In this document: positions 49,112 to 58,638 of the stretch, one piece after another
How the letters are laid out: every line of letters begins with the position of its first letter
Numbering within the stretch: position 1 is the stretch's first letter
Assembly (NCBI RefSeq): GCF_028368995.1
Contig: NZ_JAQNDL010000001.1
Coordinates: 608,001-672,000, forward strand
Source: Nannocystis bainbridge
Lineage (GTDB): Bacteria > Myxococcota_A > Polyangia > Nannocystales > Nannocystaceae
Direction: 5' to 3'
DNA: 64,000 bases
Translations under genes and position numbers: made by a program
Notes under the pieces: generated by a model
Seen by the model: the letters and a program-made list of their open reading frames with translations, nothing else
The model's database searches: none
What the model was told of the DNA's origin: nothing

Positions 49112-52100
49112 TCACCCGAGCTGCCCCAGCAGCGCCCGGGCCTCGCGCAGGTCGGCCGTCTCCAGCCCTTCTTTAAACCACTCGTAGGCCCCGGCCACCA
49201 GCTCGCGGGCCTCGCCCGGGCTGCCGCGCAGGACCAGCAGGCGGGCCTGGCTCAGCGCCAGGCGCAGCTCCCACGCGCGCGCTTGCTGGCGGCGGGCCAC
49301 CTCGAGGCCGCGGCGGAAGCAGTCCTCGGCCGTGCGCGTGCCCGACGTCATCCCGGTCGACAGCAGCAGCTCGCCGCGCAGGCGCAGCACCTCGGCCTCG
49401 AAGAAGCGCTCGCCCGAGCGGCGCATGAACTCCTCGACCTCGTCGACCTTGCGCATCGCCTCGTCGTGGCGACCCGCGCGCCACAGGCCCCAGATCGCGG
49501 CCGCCTGGAAGAACGAGATGCCCGCCTTGGCGCCCGTGCGCGTCCACCCGGCCACGCCCTCGGCCAGCTCGCTCGCCCCGGCCTCGCGCTCGCCGCTCCC
49601 GAGCTGCGACCAGCCGCGCTGGATCTGGCACATCGCCAGCCATAGCTGCAGCTTGTGTTCGGTCGCCACCTTCTCGGCCCGGTCGGCCAGGTCGCGGGCC
49701 GTGGCGAACTCGCCGCGGTAGTTGTGGAGCGTCGCCAGGTAGTTCATCGCGAACGCGATGCTCAGCGGGTGCTCGATCTCCTGCGCCAGCCGCAGCGCCT
49801 CGCGGGCGCGTGCCACCGCCTGATCGGGATGACCGAGGAACCACAGCACCCACGCCAGGTACAGCCCATTGGTCACCCCGGGGTCCTGGCCGTAGCGCAG
49901 CGCCAGCTTGCCGTGCTCGCGGATGTCGTACAGCGCCAGGCCCTTCTCGGTCAGCTCGCGGCAGCCGGCGATCTCGCCGAGCAGCATCTGGCTGGTCCCG
50001 AGCGCGCGGTAGGCCAGCATCAGCATCGTGCGGTTGTCGGTCGTCTCGGCCTGCGCGACCAATTGCCGCCCGAGGTTGGCCGAGATCTCGGCCGCGCCGC
50101 CGACCATGTAGAACTGCCACAGGCCCAGCACCGACGGGAACAGCTGGGCGTCGTCGCCGGCGCGGCGGCACAGCTCGCGCGCGCGCGCGTAGGTGTCGTG
50201 GACCTCGGGCGCCGCGTAGCCGCGGGTCGCCATCAGCGGCGCGCCGAGGGCCAATTGCAGCGCCAGCTCCTTGCGGTCGCGCGGGTCGCCCTCGGGCCGC
50301 GCCCGCAGCAGCGCGATCGCCTGTGCGTAATGGGACACCGCGTCGGTGTTGGCCGAGCGCTGCACCGCCTTTTGTCCGGCCTTCTCGAGCCACTCGATCG
50401 CGCGCTCGTGATCGCCGGCCTCGACGAAGTGGTGCGCCAGCAGCTCGGGCTGCAGCTCGGCGAGTTCGGGGAACTGGCCGAGGATCGCCCGCGTCGCCTG
50501 CCCGTGCAGGTACTGCCGGCGCGGCCGCAGCAGCGAGCTGAGCGCCGCCTCCTGCACCAGCGCGTGGCGGAACACGTAGCGGGCCGCCTGCTCGCTGCCC
50601 TCGACGCGCACGATGCCGGCCTCCACCAATTGCATGAGCCCGGTGCGCAGCGTCTCCTCGTCGCGGTCCGACGCGTGGCGCAGCAGCGCGTACGGGAAAT
50701 CGCGCCCGAGCACCGCGCCGAGCTGCGCCACCTCGCGGCCGGCCTCCTGCAGGCGATCGAGGCGGGCCAGCAGCAGCTCCTGCAGCGTCGCCGGGATGGC
50801 CGCCAGCGCCGAGCTGGCCCGCCGCACCGCCGAAGCCTGGCCCTCGCGCTGCCACACCTCCGCCGCCGTCTGCGTGACCTCCTCGACGAACAGCGGGATG
50901 CCGTCGGCGCGGGCCACCAATTGCGCGACCAGCTCTTCTGGCAGCGCCTGGCCGCGGGCCGCCAGCGCCACCATCGCCGCCGTCTGATGCGGCGACAGCC
51001 GGCGCAGCGCGAGGCGGTGCAGGTGCGGCCGCGCCGGCCAGTTGGGCGCGAACTCCGGCCGCGAAGTCGCCACCACCATCAACGGCGCCTCGGTCATGCG
51101 CGCGACCAGCAGCTCGAGCAGCTCGAGCGTGCTCTGGTCGCTCCAGTGCAGGTCCTCGACCACCAGCAGCGTCGGTCGCTGCGCGGCCAATGCCAGCACC
51201 GTGCGGATCAGCGCCTCCTGCACCCGGTTCTTCAGCAGGTCGGGCGACAGCTGCGGCGCCGCGTAGCGCCCGTCCAGCGGGATCGCCAGGACCGCCGCGA
51301 ACAGCGGCACATGCTCGGCCAGCGGCACGCGCAGGTCGGCCAGCGCCGCCTCCACCCGCGCCAGCCGATCGCTCGCCGTCGCCTCCGGCTCGATGTCCAT
51401 CGCCCGCATCGTCGCCTCGAGCAGCGGGTGCAGGGCGCTGTTGCGGAAGTGCGGCCAGCACTGGCACACCAGCCGCTGGTGGGCCTCGCCGGCCGTGTAC
51501 GCGCGCAGCGTCTGCACCAGCCGCGACTTGCCGAGCCCCGCCTCGCCCGACAGCAACACGAACTGCCCGCGGCCCTCGCGGACCTGGGCCCACAGCCCGC
51601 GCAGCGCGTCGACCTCGGCCTCGCGCCCGACCAGCGGCGTCAGCTCGCCGCCCGCGCGGTCGAACCGGCTGACCGTGCGACTCGGCCGCAGCGCCCGCAG
51701 CACCTCGATCGTGCGGCCCCCGCCCGGCGGCCGGCGCTCGCCGCGGGCCTCGACCTCGATGGTCCCGCGGACCAGCGCGCGGGCCCGGCCGCTCAGCAGG
51801 ATCTCGTGCGGCGCGGCCTGTCCTTCGAGCCAGGTTGCGACGTGCGGCAGCTCGCCGAGCAGCCGCGGCGCCGCCTCGTGCTCGCGCTTGTCGGCGACCA
51901 CCGAGCCGCTGCAGATGCCGATGCGCGCCGCCAGGGTCGCCCCGCCGGCGCTGGCCAGCCCGCGCACCGAATCGACGACCAGGAACCCGGCCCGCAGCGC
52001 CCGCTCGGCGTCGTCCTCGTGGGCCGCCGGCCAGCCGAAGCACACCAGCGCGTGCCCGCCGTGGGCCGCCACCATCGTGCCCTCGAGCTGGCGGGCCACC

Positions 52101-53263
52101 GTCGCGCAGATGTCCAAGAAGCCATCCAGCAGGTCGGCGTAGGCGTCGGGGTCCATCACCTCGGCCAGCGCCAGCGCCTCGACCAGCGAGCACGAAAGCA
52201 GCGTCACCTGGCGCCGCTCGCTGGCGCGGCGCGGGCGTTCGACCGGCTCCTCGCCCGCGCGCCCCGGCCGCGCCAGCGCCAGCTCGAGCCCGACCAGCGC
52301 GTCGAGCAGCTCCTCCGCCGTGCCGAACCGGCGCGCCACGTCCTTGGCCAGCGCGCGCGCGGCCACCGTCTCGGCCAGCGCCGGCAGCTCGGGCCGAAAC
52401 GCCCGCAGCGCCGGCGCGGCCGCCTCGGACAGCACGTTCGCGCGCACCTCCGACAGGTGGTCGCGCCAGAACGGCGAGTGCCCGCACAGCATCTCGAACA
52501 GCATCACGCCGACCGACCACAGGTCCGTGCGCCCGTCCTGGTCCTCGCCGCGCCACTGCTCGGGCGACATGTAGCGCGGCGTGCCCGACAGCGGCGAGGT
52601 CTGCGTATCGGCGCGCCCGGCCGCGACCGACGCCAGCCCGAAATCGACGATCTTGGCCCGCCCGTCGCGGGTCACGAACACGTTGGCCGGCTTGAGGTCG
52701 CGGTGCACGATGTCGGCCCGGTGCGCGTGCGACAGCCCGCGCACGATGTCGATCACCAGCTGGACCACGCGACGGGCCTCGAGCGGGCCCTCGGCCAGCA
52801 CCGCGTCGAGCGGCCGACCCTCGAGGTACTCCATCACCAAAAACGGCACCCCGACGGCGCTGCCGAGGTCGAACACGCGGACGATGTTCTCGTGGCTGAG
52901 GCGGGCGCTGGCCCTGGCCTCGGTGCGGAAGCGATCGACGATCTCGCGGCTCGAATCGTCGGTCGGCGCCTGCAGGATGAACTTGATCGCCACCGCGCGG
53001 TCGAGCAGCGTGTCGCGGGCCAGATACACCACACCCATCCCGCCGGCCCCGAGCCGCTCGAGCAATTCGAAGCGCTGCCCGTCCTCGCCGCCGATCCGGT
53101 CGCCCTTCTTCGCCAGCGGCATGAACCCCGGCCGCTCGCCGGCGCCGTGCAGGACCGTCGTCTCCTCCGCGTCCGACAGCAGCGCCGCCCGATCGCTCCA
53201 CCGCGTCACCGTCTGCCCGAGCAGCGTCCCTTCCAGACCCGACGGCGCGAGGGTGTCTTTCAC
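49112..53263 (-). CDS. Ser/Thr kinase - degenerate class III cyclase - AAA/STAND ATPase - TPR fusion (start approximate)
   Basis: HRDLKPAN, DFGLA; ERRQVTLL..AHEDDAERA; Walker A GEAGLGKS, Walker B LVVEDLHW; GIPLFVEE; TPR tail. Confidence 0.9.
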   Translation of the reverse strand: MKDTLAPSGLEGTLLGQTVTRWSDRAALLSDAEETTVLHGAGERPGFMPLAKKGDRIGGEDGQRFELLERLGAGGMGVVYLARDTLLDRAVAIKFILQAPTDDSSREIVDRFRTEARASARLSHENIVRVFDLGSAVGVPFLVMEYLEGRPLDAVLAEGPLEARRVVQLVIDIVRGLSHAHRADIVHRDLKPANVFVTRDGRAKIVDFGLASVAAGRADTQTSPLSGTPRYMSPEQWRGEDQDGRTDLWSVGVMLFEMLCGHSPFWRDHLSEVRANVLSEAAAPALRAFRPELPALAETVAARALAKDVARRFGTAEELLDALVGLELALARPGRAGEEPVERPRRASERRQVTLLSCSLVEALALAEVMDPDAYADLLDGFLDICATVARQLEGTMVAAHGGHALVCFGWPAAHEDDAERALRAGFLVVDSVRGLASAGGATLAARIGICSGSVVADKREHEAAPRLLGELPHVATWLEGQAAPHEILLSGRARALVRGTIEVEARGERRPPGGGRTIEVLRALRPSRTVSRFDRAGGELTPLVGREAEVDALRGLWAQVREGRGQFVLLSGEAGLGKSRLVQTLRAYTAGEAHQRLVCQCWPHFRNSALHPLLEATMRAMDIEPEATASDRLARVEAALADLRVPLAEHVPLFAAVLAIPLDGRYAAPQLSPDLLKNRVQEALIRTVLALAAQRPTLLVVEDLHWSDQSTLELLELLVARMTEAPLMVVATSRPEFAPNWPARPHLHRLALRRLSPHQTAAMVALAARGQALPEELVAQLVARADGIPLFVEEVTQTAAEVWQREGQASAVRRASSALAAIPATLQELLLARLDRLQEAGREVAQLGAVLGRDFPYALLRHASDRDEETLRTGLMQLVEAGIVRVEGSEQAARYVFRHALVQEAALSSLLRPRRQYLHGQATRAILGQFPELAELQPELLAHHFVEAGDHERAIEWLEKAGQKAVQRSANTDAVSHYAQAIALLRARPEGDPRDRKELALQLALGAPLMATRGYAAPEVHDTYARARELCRRAGDDAQLFPSVLGLWQFYMVGGAAEISANLGRQLVAQAETTDNRTMLMLAYRALGTSQMLLGEIAGCRELTEKGLALYDIREHGKLALRYGQDPGVTNGLYLAWVLWFLGHPDQAVARAREALRLAQEIEHPLSIAFAMNYLATLHNYRGEFATARDLADRAEKVATEHKLQLWLAMCQIQRGWSQLGSGEREAGASELAEGVAGWTRTGAKAGISFFQAAAIWGLWRAGRHDEAMRKVDEVEEFMRRSGERFFEAEVLRLRGELLLSTGMTSGTRTAEDCFRRGLEVARRQQARAWELRLALSQARLLVLRGSPGEARELVAGAYEWFKEGLETADLREARALLGQLG

Positions 53264-53601
53264 AGCTCCGCTTCTAACACGAGGGTGCAGCCTCGCGGCC
53301 CGCACGTTCGGCGTGGGGGTCCAGGGCCGCACGGCGCGGCGGGGCGGAACCGCCCCCGGTGGCCGCTTGCGGCCGCTATCGACGATTGCCGCGGCGCTTG
53401 TCCTATCAATCACCCGCGATTCCAGGAATGCGCGGATCGCCCGGACGAATCGTCGTTCCCGGTCGCGGATCGCCCGGTCGAGTTCGCCCGGCCCGGGCCC
53501 GCGCCGCCCGACGGGCGGTCTGCGAGCGGCCTCTGCAGCCTCACGGCGCCGATGCGGGCCCCGGGTTGCCGCCGAGGCGCCTCGCGCTATCAGGACCGGT
53601 C

Positions 53602-54258
53602 ATGTCTGCACCCGTCGTCACCCCGCAGCTCACCCAGCAGTCGCCGATCAAGCTGCTCACCACGAAGAGCTATTACGCGCCGGAGCTCCGGCCGCTCGAG
53701 TTCAAATACACCGAGGTCCCCGGCACGCTGGCGGGCGAGGAGTTCGTGCTCGACCACGGCGGCCCCGCCTGTCACGTCGTGTTCGACGGCATGAAGTGCC
53801 CGCTGCGCAAGCTCCACTTCCACGCGCCGAGCGAGCACCGCATCGACGGCGTCATCTCCGAGCTCGAGCTGCACCTCGTGCACGAGATCCTCGAGTACCC
53901 CGACGCCTATCCGTCGGCGTACCTGATCGTCGGCGTGATGCTGTCGCTCGCGCCCGCCAAGGCCGGCCCGGCCCAGCCGCTCGGGCCGTGGCTGCGCGGT
54001 CACTTCGACGCCCGCGCCGGCGGTCGCCAGGAGCACCGCGTCGACCCGACGATCTACCTGCCGCAGGACCGCGCCTACTTCCGCTACGAGGGCTCGCGGA
54101 CCACCGGCGAGCACGAGGAGGTGGTGACGTGGACCCTGCTGCGCGACCCCATGCAGGTGAAGGGGCCGGCGCCGCTGCTGCTCGACCCCGAGACCGATCG
54201 CCTGGTCCAGCCGCTGATGCGCCGCTACGTGCTCCGCAACTTCGCCCTCATCGCCTGA
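53602..54258 (+). CDS. Alpha-class carbonic anhydrase
   Basis: QSPI, LHFHAPSEH, ELHLVH (three Zn His), YFRYEGSRTT, VTW. Confidence 0.85.
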   Translation: MSAPVVTPQLTQQSPIKLLTTKSYYAPELRPLEFKYTEVPGTLAGEEFVLDHGGPACHVVFDGMKCPLRKLHFHAPSEHRIDGVISELELHLVHEILEYPDAYPSAYLIVGVMLSLAPAKAGPAQPLGPWLRGHFDARAGGRQEHRVDPTIYLPQDRAYFRYEGSRTTGEHEEVVTWTLLRDPMQVKGPAPLLLDPETDRLVQPLMRRYVLRNFALIA

Positions 54259-54286
54259 GCCGGCTTTCTGCTACACGGGGGCGGAC

Positions 54287-55444
54287 ATGAACGCCTATCC
54301 CTGGCTCCCGACCCTCGACGCCCTGGTCCTCCGCAAGGAGGACGCCACCGGCGGGTTGGTCGCGTCGGCCAAGGCGGACGGCACGCCGACGATCACCGTC
54401 AGCGTCACGCCGACGCGCGGGCGCCCGCGCAAGAAGGCCTACCCGACCCTCGACAAGGCCCTCTGCGCCGCCCTGGCCGACGGCTTCGTCGCCACCGTCG
54501 CCGCCACCGGCGCCCTGTTGCTGCACACCGAGGTCGGCGCGACCATGGGCTCGCGCTTCGTCGTCGACGAATCGCATCACTGCGCCTGGCTCGGCGACTG
54601 GGGTCAATTGCGGCGGGTCGACCTGCGCGACGGTCGGGTGATTTCGTTCGCGCTCGGCGATCACCCGGCGGTGCGCGGGCTCGTCGGCGACGGCGCCGGC
54701 GGGGTGTGGGCACTTGTCGACGAGGACACCGCGCCGCCGAGCGAGGGCTTTCGCGCGCCGGCGCCCGAGCTGCTGCGCTTCGCCGTCCTCCACTGCGACG
54801 GCGCAAACGTCGAAAGGCGCCACCGCATCGAGACCTCGCGCAGCGAACCACGGCCGCTGTGCCTGAGCCTCGGGCGCGCCGACGACGGGTCGCTTCTGAT
54901 CCCCCACCCCGGCGGCTTCGCCCTCGTCGACCCGGCCGGCGCCCTCGTGCGCGCCTGGGCCGTCGGCGCGACCAAATACTGGGGCCCGCGCGCGGCCCTG
55001 TCGCCCAGCGGCCGGCGCCTCGCCTACACCGCCGGCAGCGGCCGCCTCGCCCTCGTCGACCTCGACGCTGACGACGAGGTCGTGCTCGACGTCGAGATGG
55101 AAGACGCCATGGCCCTGGTCGCGTACGACGACGGCGTCGTCGACGTCTCGACCGGCACCCCGAACTGGGACTTCCAGCGCTTCGATCGCCGCGGCCGCAT
55201 CGCCCACGTCGGCCTCCGCGCCGCCAGCTACGCCGTCAGCCCCGATCGCCAGTGGGCCTACTCGGGCGAAGGCCTGTGGACGGCCACGCATGTCCTCACC
55301 GGCGAGCAGCGCAGCGGCCAGGTCCTCGGCGCCACCCGGGCGCCAGGCCTGGCCGTCACCGCCGACCATCTCTACGTCCGCACCTCGCGGGGCGTGTTTC
55401 AGCGGTACCCCCGCGCGCTCGAGCGTGCCGACGAGCCGGCCTGA
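54287..55444 (+). CDS. Hypothetical beta-propeller-like protein
   Basis: ALSPSGRRLAY and AVSPDRQWAY blades; codon bias. Confidence 0.65.
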   Translation: MNAYPWLPTLDALVLRKEDATGGLVASAKADGTPTITVSVTPTRGRPRKKAYPTLDKALCAALADGFVATVAATGALLLHTEVGATMGSRFVVDESHHCAWLGDWGQLRRVDLRDGRVISFALGDHPAVRGLVGDGAGGVWALVDEDTAPPSEGFRAPAPELLRFAVLHCDGANVERRHRIETSRSEPRPLCLSLGRADDGSLLIPHPGGFALVDPAGALVRAWAVGATKYWGPRAALSPSGRRLAYTAGSGRLALVDLDADDEVVLDVEMEDAMALVAYDDGVVDVSTGTPNWDFQRFDRRGRIAHVGLRAASYAVSPDRQWAYSGEGLWTATHVLTGEQRSGQVLGATRAPGLAVTADHLYVRTSRGVFQRYPRALERADEPA

Positions 55445-55551
55445 TCTCGCAAGCCCGCAGCGCGCCCGGTGTCCCCAAGGACGACACCGGCCCGCGCGCG
55501 TCGCTCCGCGACTCCCGCGGATTCACGCGAATCTCATGGAACTCGCGGCCA

Positions 55552-56502
55552 TCAGTCGCGGCTCGCCTTGACCCCGCGACGACGACGGACCGCGTGCCAG
55601 CCGACGAGCACGGCCAGCAGCGCCGCACCGAACGCGTCCGGTTCGCCGTCCAGCGCGCAGTCGCAGCCTTTGCCGCGGCAGATCGACCGCGACCAATTCG
55701 AGTCCACCGCGTCGAGGTGCGCCTCGCAGTCGCTCGCCAGCAGCGCCGCGATCGCGTCCTCCCTGGCGAGGTCCGGCACGTCGTCGCCGCAAGTCAGCTC
55801 GACCGTCCCGTCGTCGCGCAGGCCGAGCGGTCGATCGAGCCCGAACTCCTCCCCGCGCACCGCGATCAGCAGCTTCCCCTCGCCCGGCGCGGCGATATAG
55901 AGCGAGACCTCGTCCCCGACCGCCAGGCCCGTCTCGCCGTGCACCGCGTCGACCCGGACGGTGCTCTCGTCGCCGGGCCCGGCGCGGACGAACGTCGCCT
56001 CGATCACGCCGCTCGCGTCCTCGATCCCGTTGCAAAGGCAGTCCTGGGCCTTGGTCACGAAGCAGTATTCGGGCTGGATCCGCCCGGCCTCCGCCACCGA
56101 GAGGCCGTAATCGTCGAGCCAGCGCCGCAGCTCGGCGTCGCCCGCGAGCTCGTGGATCCGCGCCAGGTTGTGGCTCGCGGCCACCCGCGCGACCAGGGCC
56201 GCGTGGCCCGTCGACTCGATCAGGTGGGCCATCGCGCAGCGCGTGGCGTGGCGATCGACGAACACCGGCACGCGCCGGCCGGGCACGACATGGTTGTGCG
56301 GGAACCGCCCCGCCGCGGCGTAGCGCTCGAGCTCGGCGACGAGGCGCGCCCGCGCCGACCGCTGCGCGTCGCTGAGGCGCGAGACATCGCGCGCGCGCAG
56401 CTCGGCCGTCACCGCGCGGAAGTGGGCCCGCAGCCGCTTGCGCTCGCTCGCATGAGCGACGACGGCGCGAGGCGGACGGACAGACGGACGGGACGACGAC
56501 AT
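55552..56502 (-). CDS. Hypothetical protein with MYXO-CTERM-like C-terminal anchor
   Basis: FPHNH..PVFVDRHATRCAMAHLI; C-terminal KGCDCA..hydrophobic..RRRR. Confidence 0.72.
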   Translation of the reverse strand: MSSSRPSVRPPRAVVAHASERKRLRAHFRAVTAELRARDVSRLSDAQRSARARLVAELERYAAAGRFPHNHVVPGRRVPVFVDRHATRCAMAHLIESTGHAALVARVAASHNLARIHELAGDAELRRWLDDYGLSVAEAGRIQPEYCFVTKAQDCLCNGIEDASGVIEATFVRAGPGDESTVRVDAVHGETGLAVGDEVSLYIAAPGEGKLLIAVRGEEFGLDRPLGLRDDGTVELTCGDDVPDLAREDAIAALLASDCEAHLDAVDSNWSRSICRGKGCDCALDGEPDAFGAALLAVLVGWHAVRRRRGVKASRD

Positions 56503-56982
56503 CGGTAATGTAAGCATGGGAGAAGCTCCTCCTCGCATCCTATACGATCCCCGGCCCGCGCGCGCGGAGACCTGCCTGTCCGCCGGCCCACTCGACGCCG
56601 TATGCGCGCCGCCCCGAGCCTGCAATACGGTGTTCCTGGCGCGCGTATGGCGAACATTACGATCCATGAACCCGCGACGCCGGCTGTATCCGGGGCCCCG
56701 TAACATTTCTGTCGCTCACGGCCCACGCCGCGAGCGCCATGGCACCAGGGCGCTGGTGTCGTGGAAGAGGTCACCGGCTCGGCGAATCGCCGAGCGACGG
56801 CGCAGCGGTTCGCATGGCCGCTGGAGCGCCTGGAGGCCGGTGCGAGGAATGCCGCGACTCTGATGATGGCGCAGAGGTTCGCCGAACGACGGCGCTGTAG
56901 TTCGCATGGCCCCTGATGGCGCGGAGGCCCGCAGGCTCCGCGCTTCGCGGCATTGCTGCACAGCGAGGCGCGACTGGGGGGG

Positions 56983-58473
56983 TTACTTCTTCTTGGCGGG
57001 CGCCTTCTTGGCCGCGGGTTTCCTGGTCGAGCCGGCCACCGCCGCCTGTTTCGCTGCCGCCTTCTTCGCCGGAGCGGTGCTGGCCGCCTTCTTCGCCGGA
57101 GCGGCGCTCGCTGCCTTCTTCGCCACACTCTTCTTCGCGGACGCGCTGGTCTTTCTCGCCGCGGCGCTCGCCGCGATGTTCTTCGTCGATTTCTTCACCG
57201 AATCAGCGCTCACCGCATTGTTCTTCTTCGTCGATTTCTTCACCGAACCCGCACTCACCGCATTGGTCGTCTTCGCCGAATCCGCACTCGCCTTCGCCGC
57301 CTTCGCCCCCGAATCAACGCTCGCCCCCGAATCAGCTCTCTTCTTCGCCGCCGCCTTCTTCGCCGAACCAGCGCTTCCATCTCGCGTCTCCCCCACGGCC
57401 GCGCCAGCCTCCTCCGTCCCCCCGTGCGACGGCCTTTCCGCGCGCCCAGGTGACGCCTTCGCCGTGCTCGCTGCCGGCACGCGGATCACCTGCAACACCG
57501 TCCCGCCGGCCTGCCCGAGCACGCACACCTCGCCTGCCACCAGCCCCTCGCCCATGTGCAGCCCGTGGCGATTCGGCAGCTCGGCGCGGAGCGACCCGTC
57601 GGCCAGCGCGAAGGCGGCCAGCGCTCCCCCGGACTTGTTCGGCGTCAGCGTCACCACCGCGTCGGTCGTCACCAGCGGCGGCGCGAACGACTGCGACGCC
57701 ACCCGTCGGGCACGCCAGCGCAGCGCCCCGGTCGCCAGGTCGAGCAGCGCCAGGTCGCCGAGCCGCGGCTCGAGCACCGCCACCGCGTCCGCGCTCGCGT
57801 GGACCTGCACCAGGCTCCGCGCCTCCGCCCCCTTGAACGTGAACTGCCACAGGGGCGCCCCGTCCTCCGGCCGCAGCCGCGCCAGCTTGCCGCCGAGATG
57901 GGTCGCCAGCAGCGCGGACCTCGACGCCGTCACCACATGGTCGGTCGTCCACATCAACCTGCCCTTTCGGTCATGCGCTCGCGTCCGGAAATCGAGCGAG
58001 CACAAAAACCCGCCGGCGATCGCCGTCAGCCCCGTGGCGAGCCCGCCCTCCGCCACGGTCTCGAACCTCCCGCTCGCCGCGTCGGCCAGCACCAGCCGAT
58101 TGGTCGCCCCGAGCCGCTCCGAGGCCGTCAAGAACCCGAACACCCCGTCGCAATACGCCGCCTCCGCCGCATCCTCGGGCGCGGCCACCCGGCGGACCTC
58201 GCGGCCGCTGGCCGGGTCGAGGAACACCAGCGCGAGCGCGTACGGCGGGTCGAGCCGGCTGGTCAGGACGACCGGGTGCCCCTCGAAGACGCCGACCAGC
58301 CGGCTCCCGTCCTCGACCTCGACGTCCCACAGTCGATCGCCCGCCAGCGACGCCGCCGCGAACCGAAAATCATCGCTCGACCAGTAGATCGCGCCGGCGT
58401 CGAGGTAGCGCGGGGTATGCAGCGCCGAGGTCAGTTTGGCGACGGATTGGAGGCCCGACGATTGCTTCGACAT
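56983..58473 (-). CDS. PQQ-like beta-propeller protein with histone H1-like Lys/Ala tail
   Basis: LDPASGREV, DGAPLWQF, DLATGALRW blades; KKAA/PAKK-rich C-terminus. Confidence 0.75.
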   Translation of the reverse strand: MSKQSSGLQSVAKLTSALHTPRYLDAGAIYWSSDDFRFAAASLAGDRLWDVEVEDGSRLVGVFEGHPVVLTSRLDPPYALALVFLDPASGREVRRVAAPEDAAEAAYCDGVFGFLTASERLGATNRLVLADAASGRFETVAEGGLATGLTAIAGGFLCSLDFRTRAHDRKGRLMWTTDHVVTASRSALLATHLGGKLARLRPEDGAPLWQFTFKGAEARSLVQVHASADAVAVLEPRLGDLALLDLATGALRWRARRVASQSFAPPLVTTDAVVTLTPNKSGGALAAFALADGSLRAELPNRHGLHMGEGLVAGEVCVLGQAGGTVLQVIRVPAASTAKASPGRAERPSHGGTEEAGAAVGETRDGSAGSAKKAAAKKRADSGASVDSGAKAAKASADSAKTTNAVSAGSVKKSTKKNNAVSADSVKKSTKNIAASAAARKTSASAKKSVAKKAASAAPAKKAASTAPAKKAAAKQAAVAGSTRKPAAKKAPAKKK

Positions 58474-58638
58474 CGAGCCTCCAACATATCACGCGCCCCT
58501 CGTGCGAATCGAACCGAGGGCGCCGTGACGTTCCGCGTCGGGCCGAACCTCAGGAGGCCCCGCGCGCTTGCATCCGACGATCGCTCCCGGGAGCGCAGTA
58601 GCGCCGACCTGCACCCGATCGCGTGATAGATTCCGCCG

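Noticed and set aside
25334-53794. Very long alternative-frame ORFs (e.g. 25334-28726 -, 29125-32727 +, 41103-44033 -, 49655-53794 +)
   Set aside because: Shadow ORFs typical of high-GC DNA: Arg/Ala/Gly-rich or antisense to genes with clear motifs
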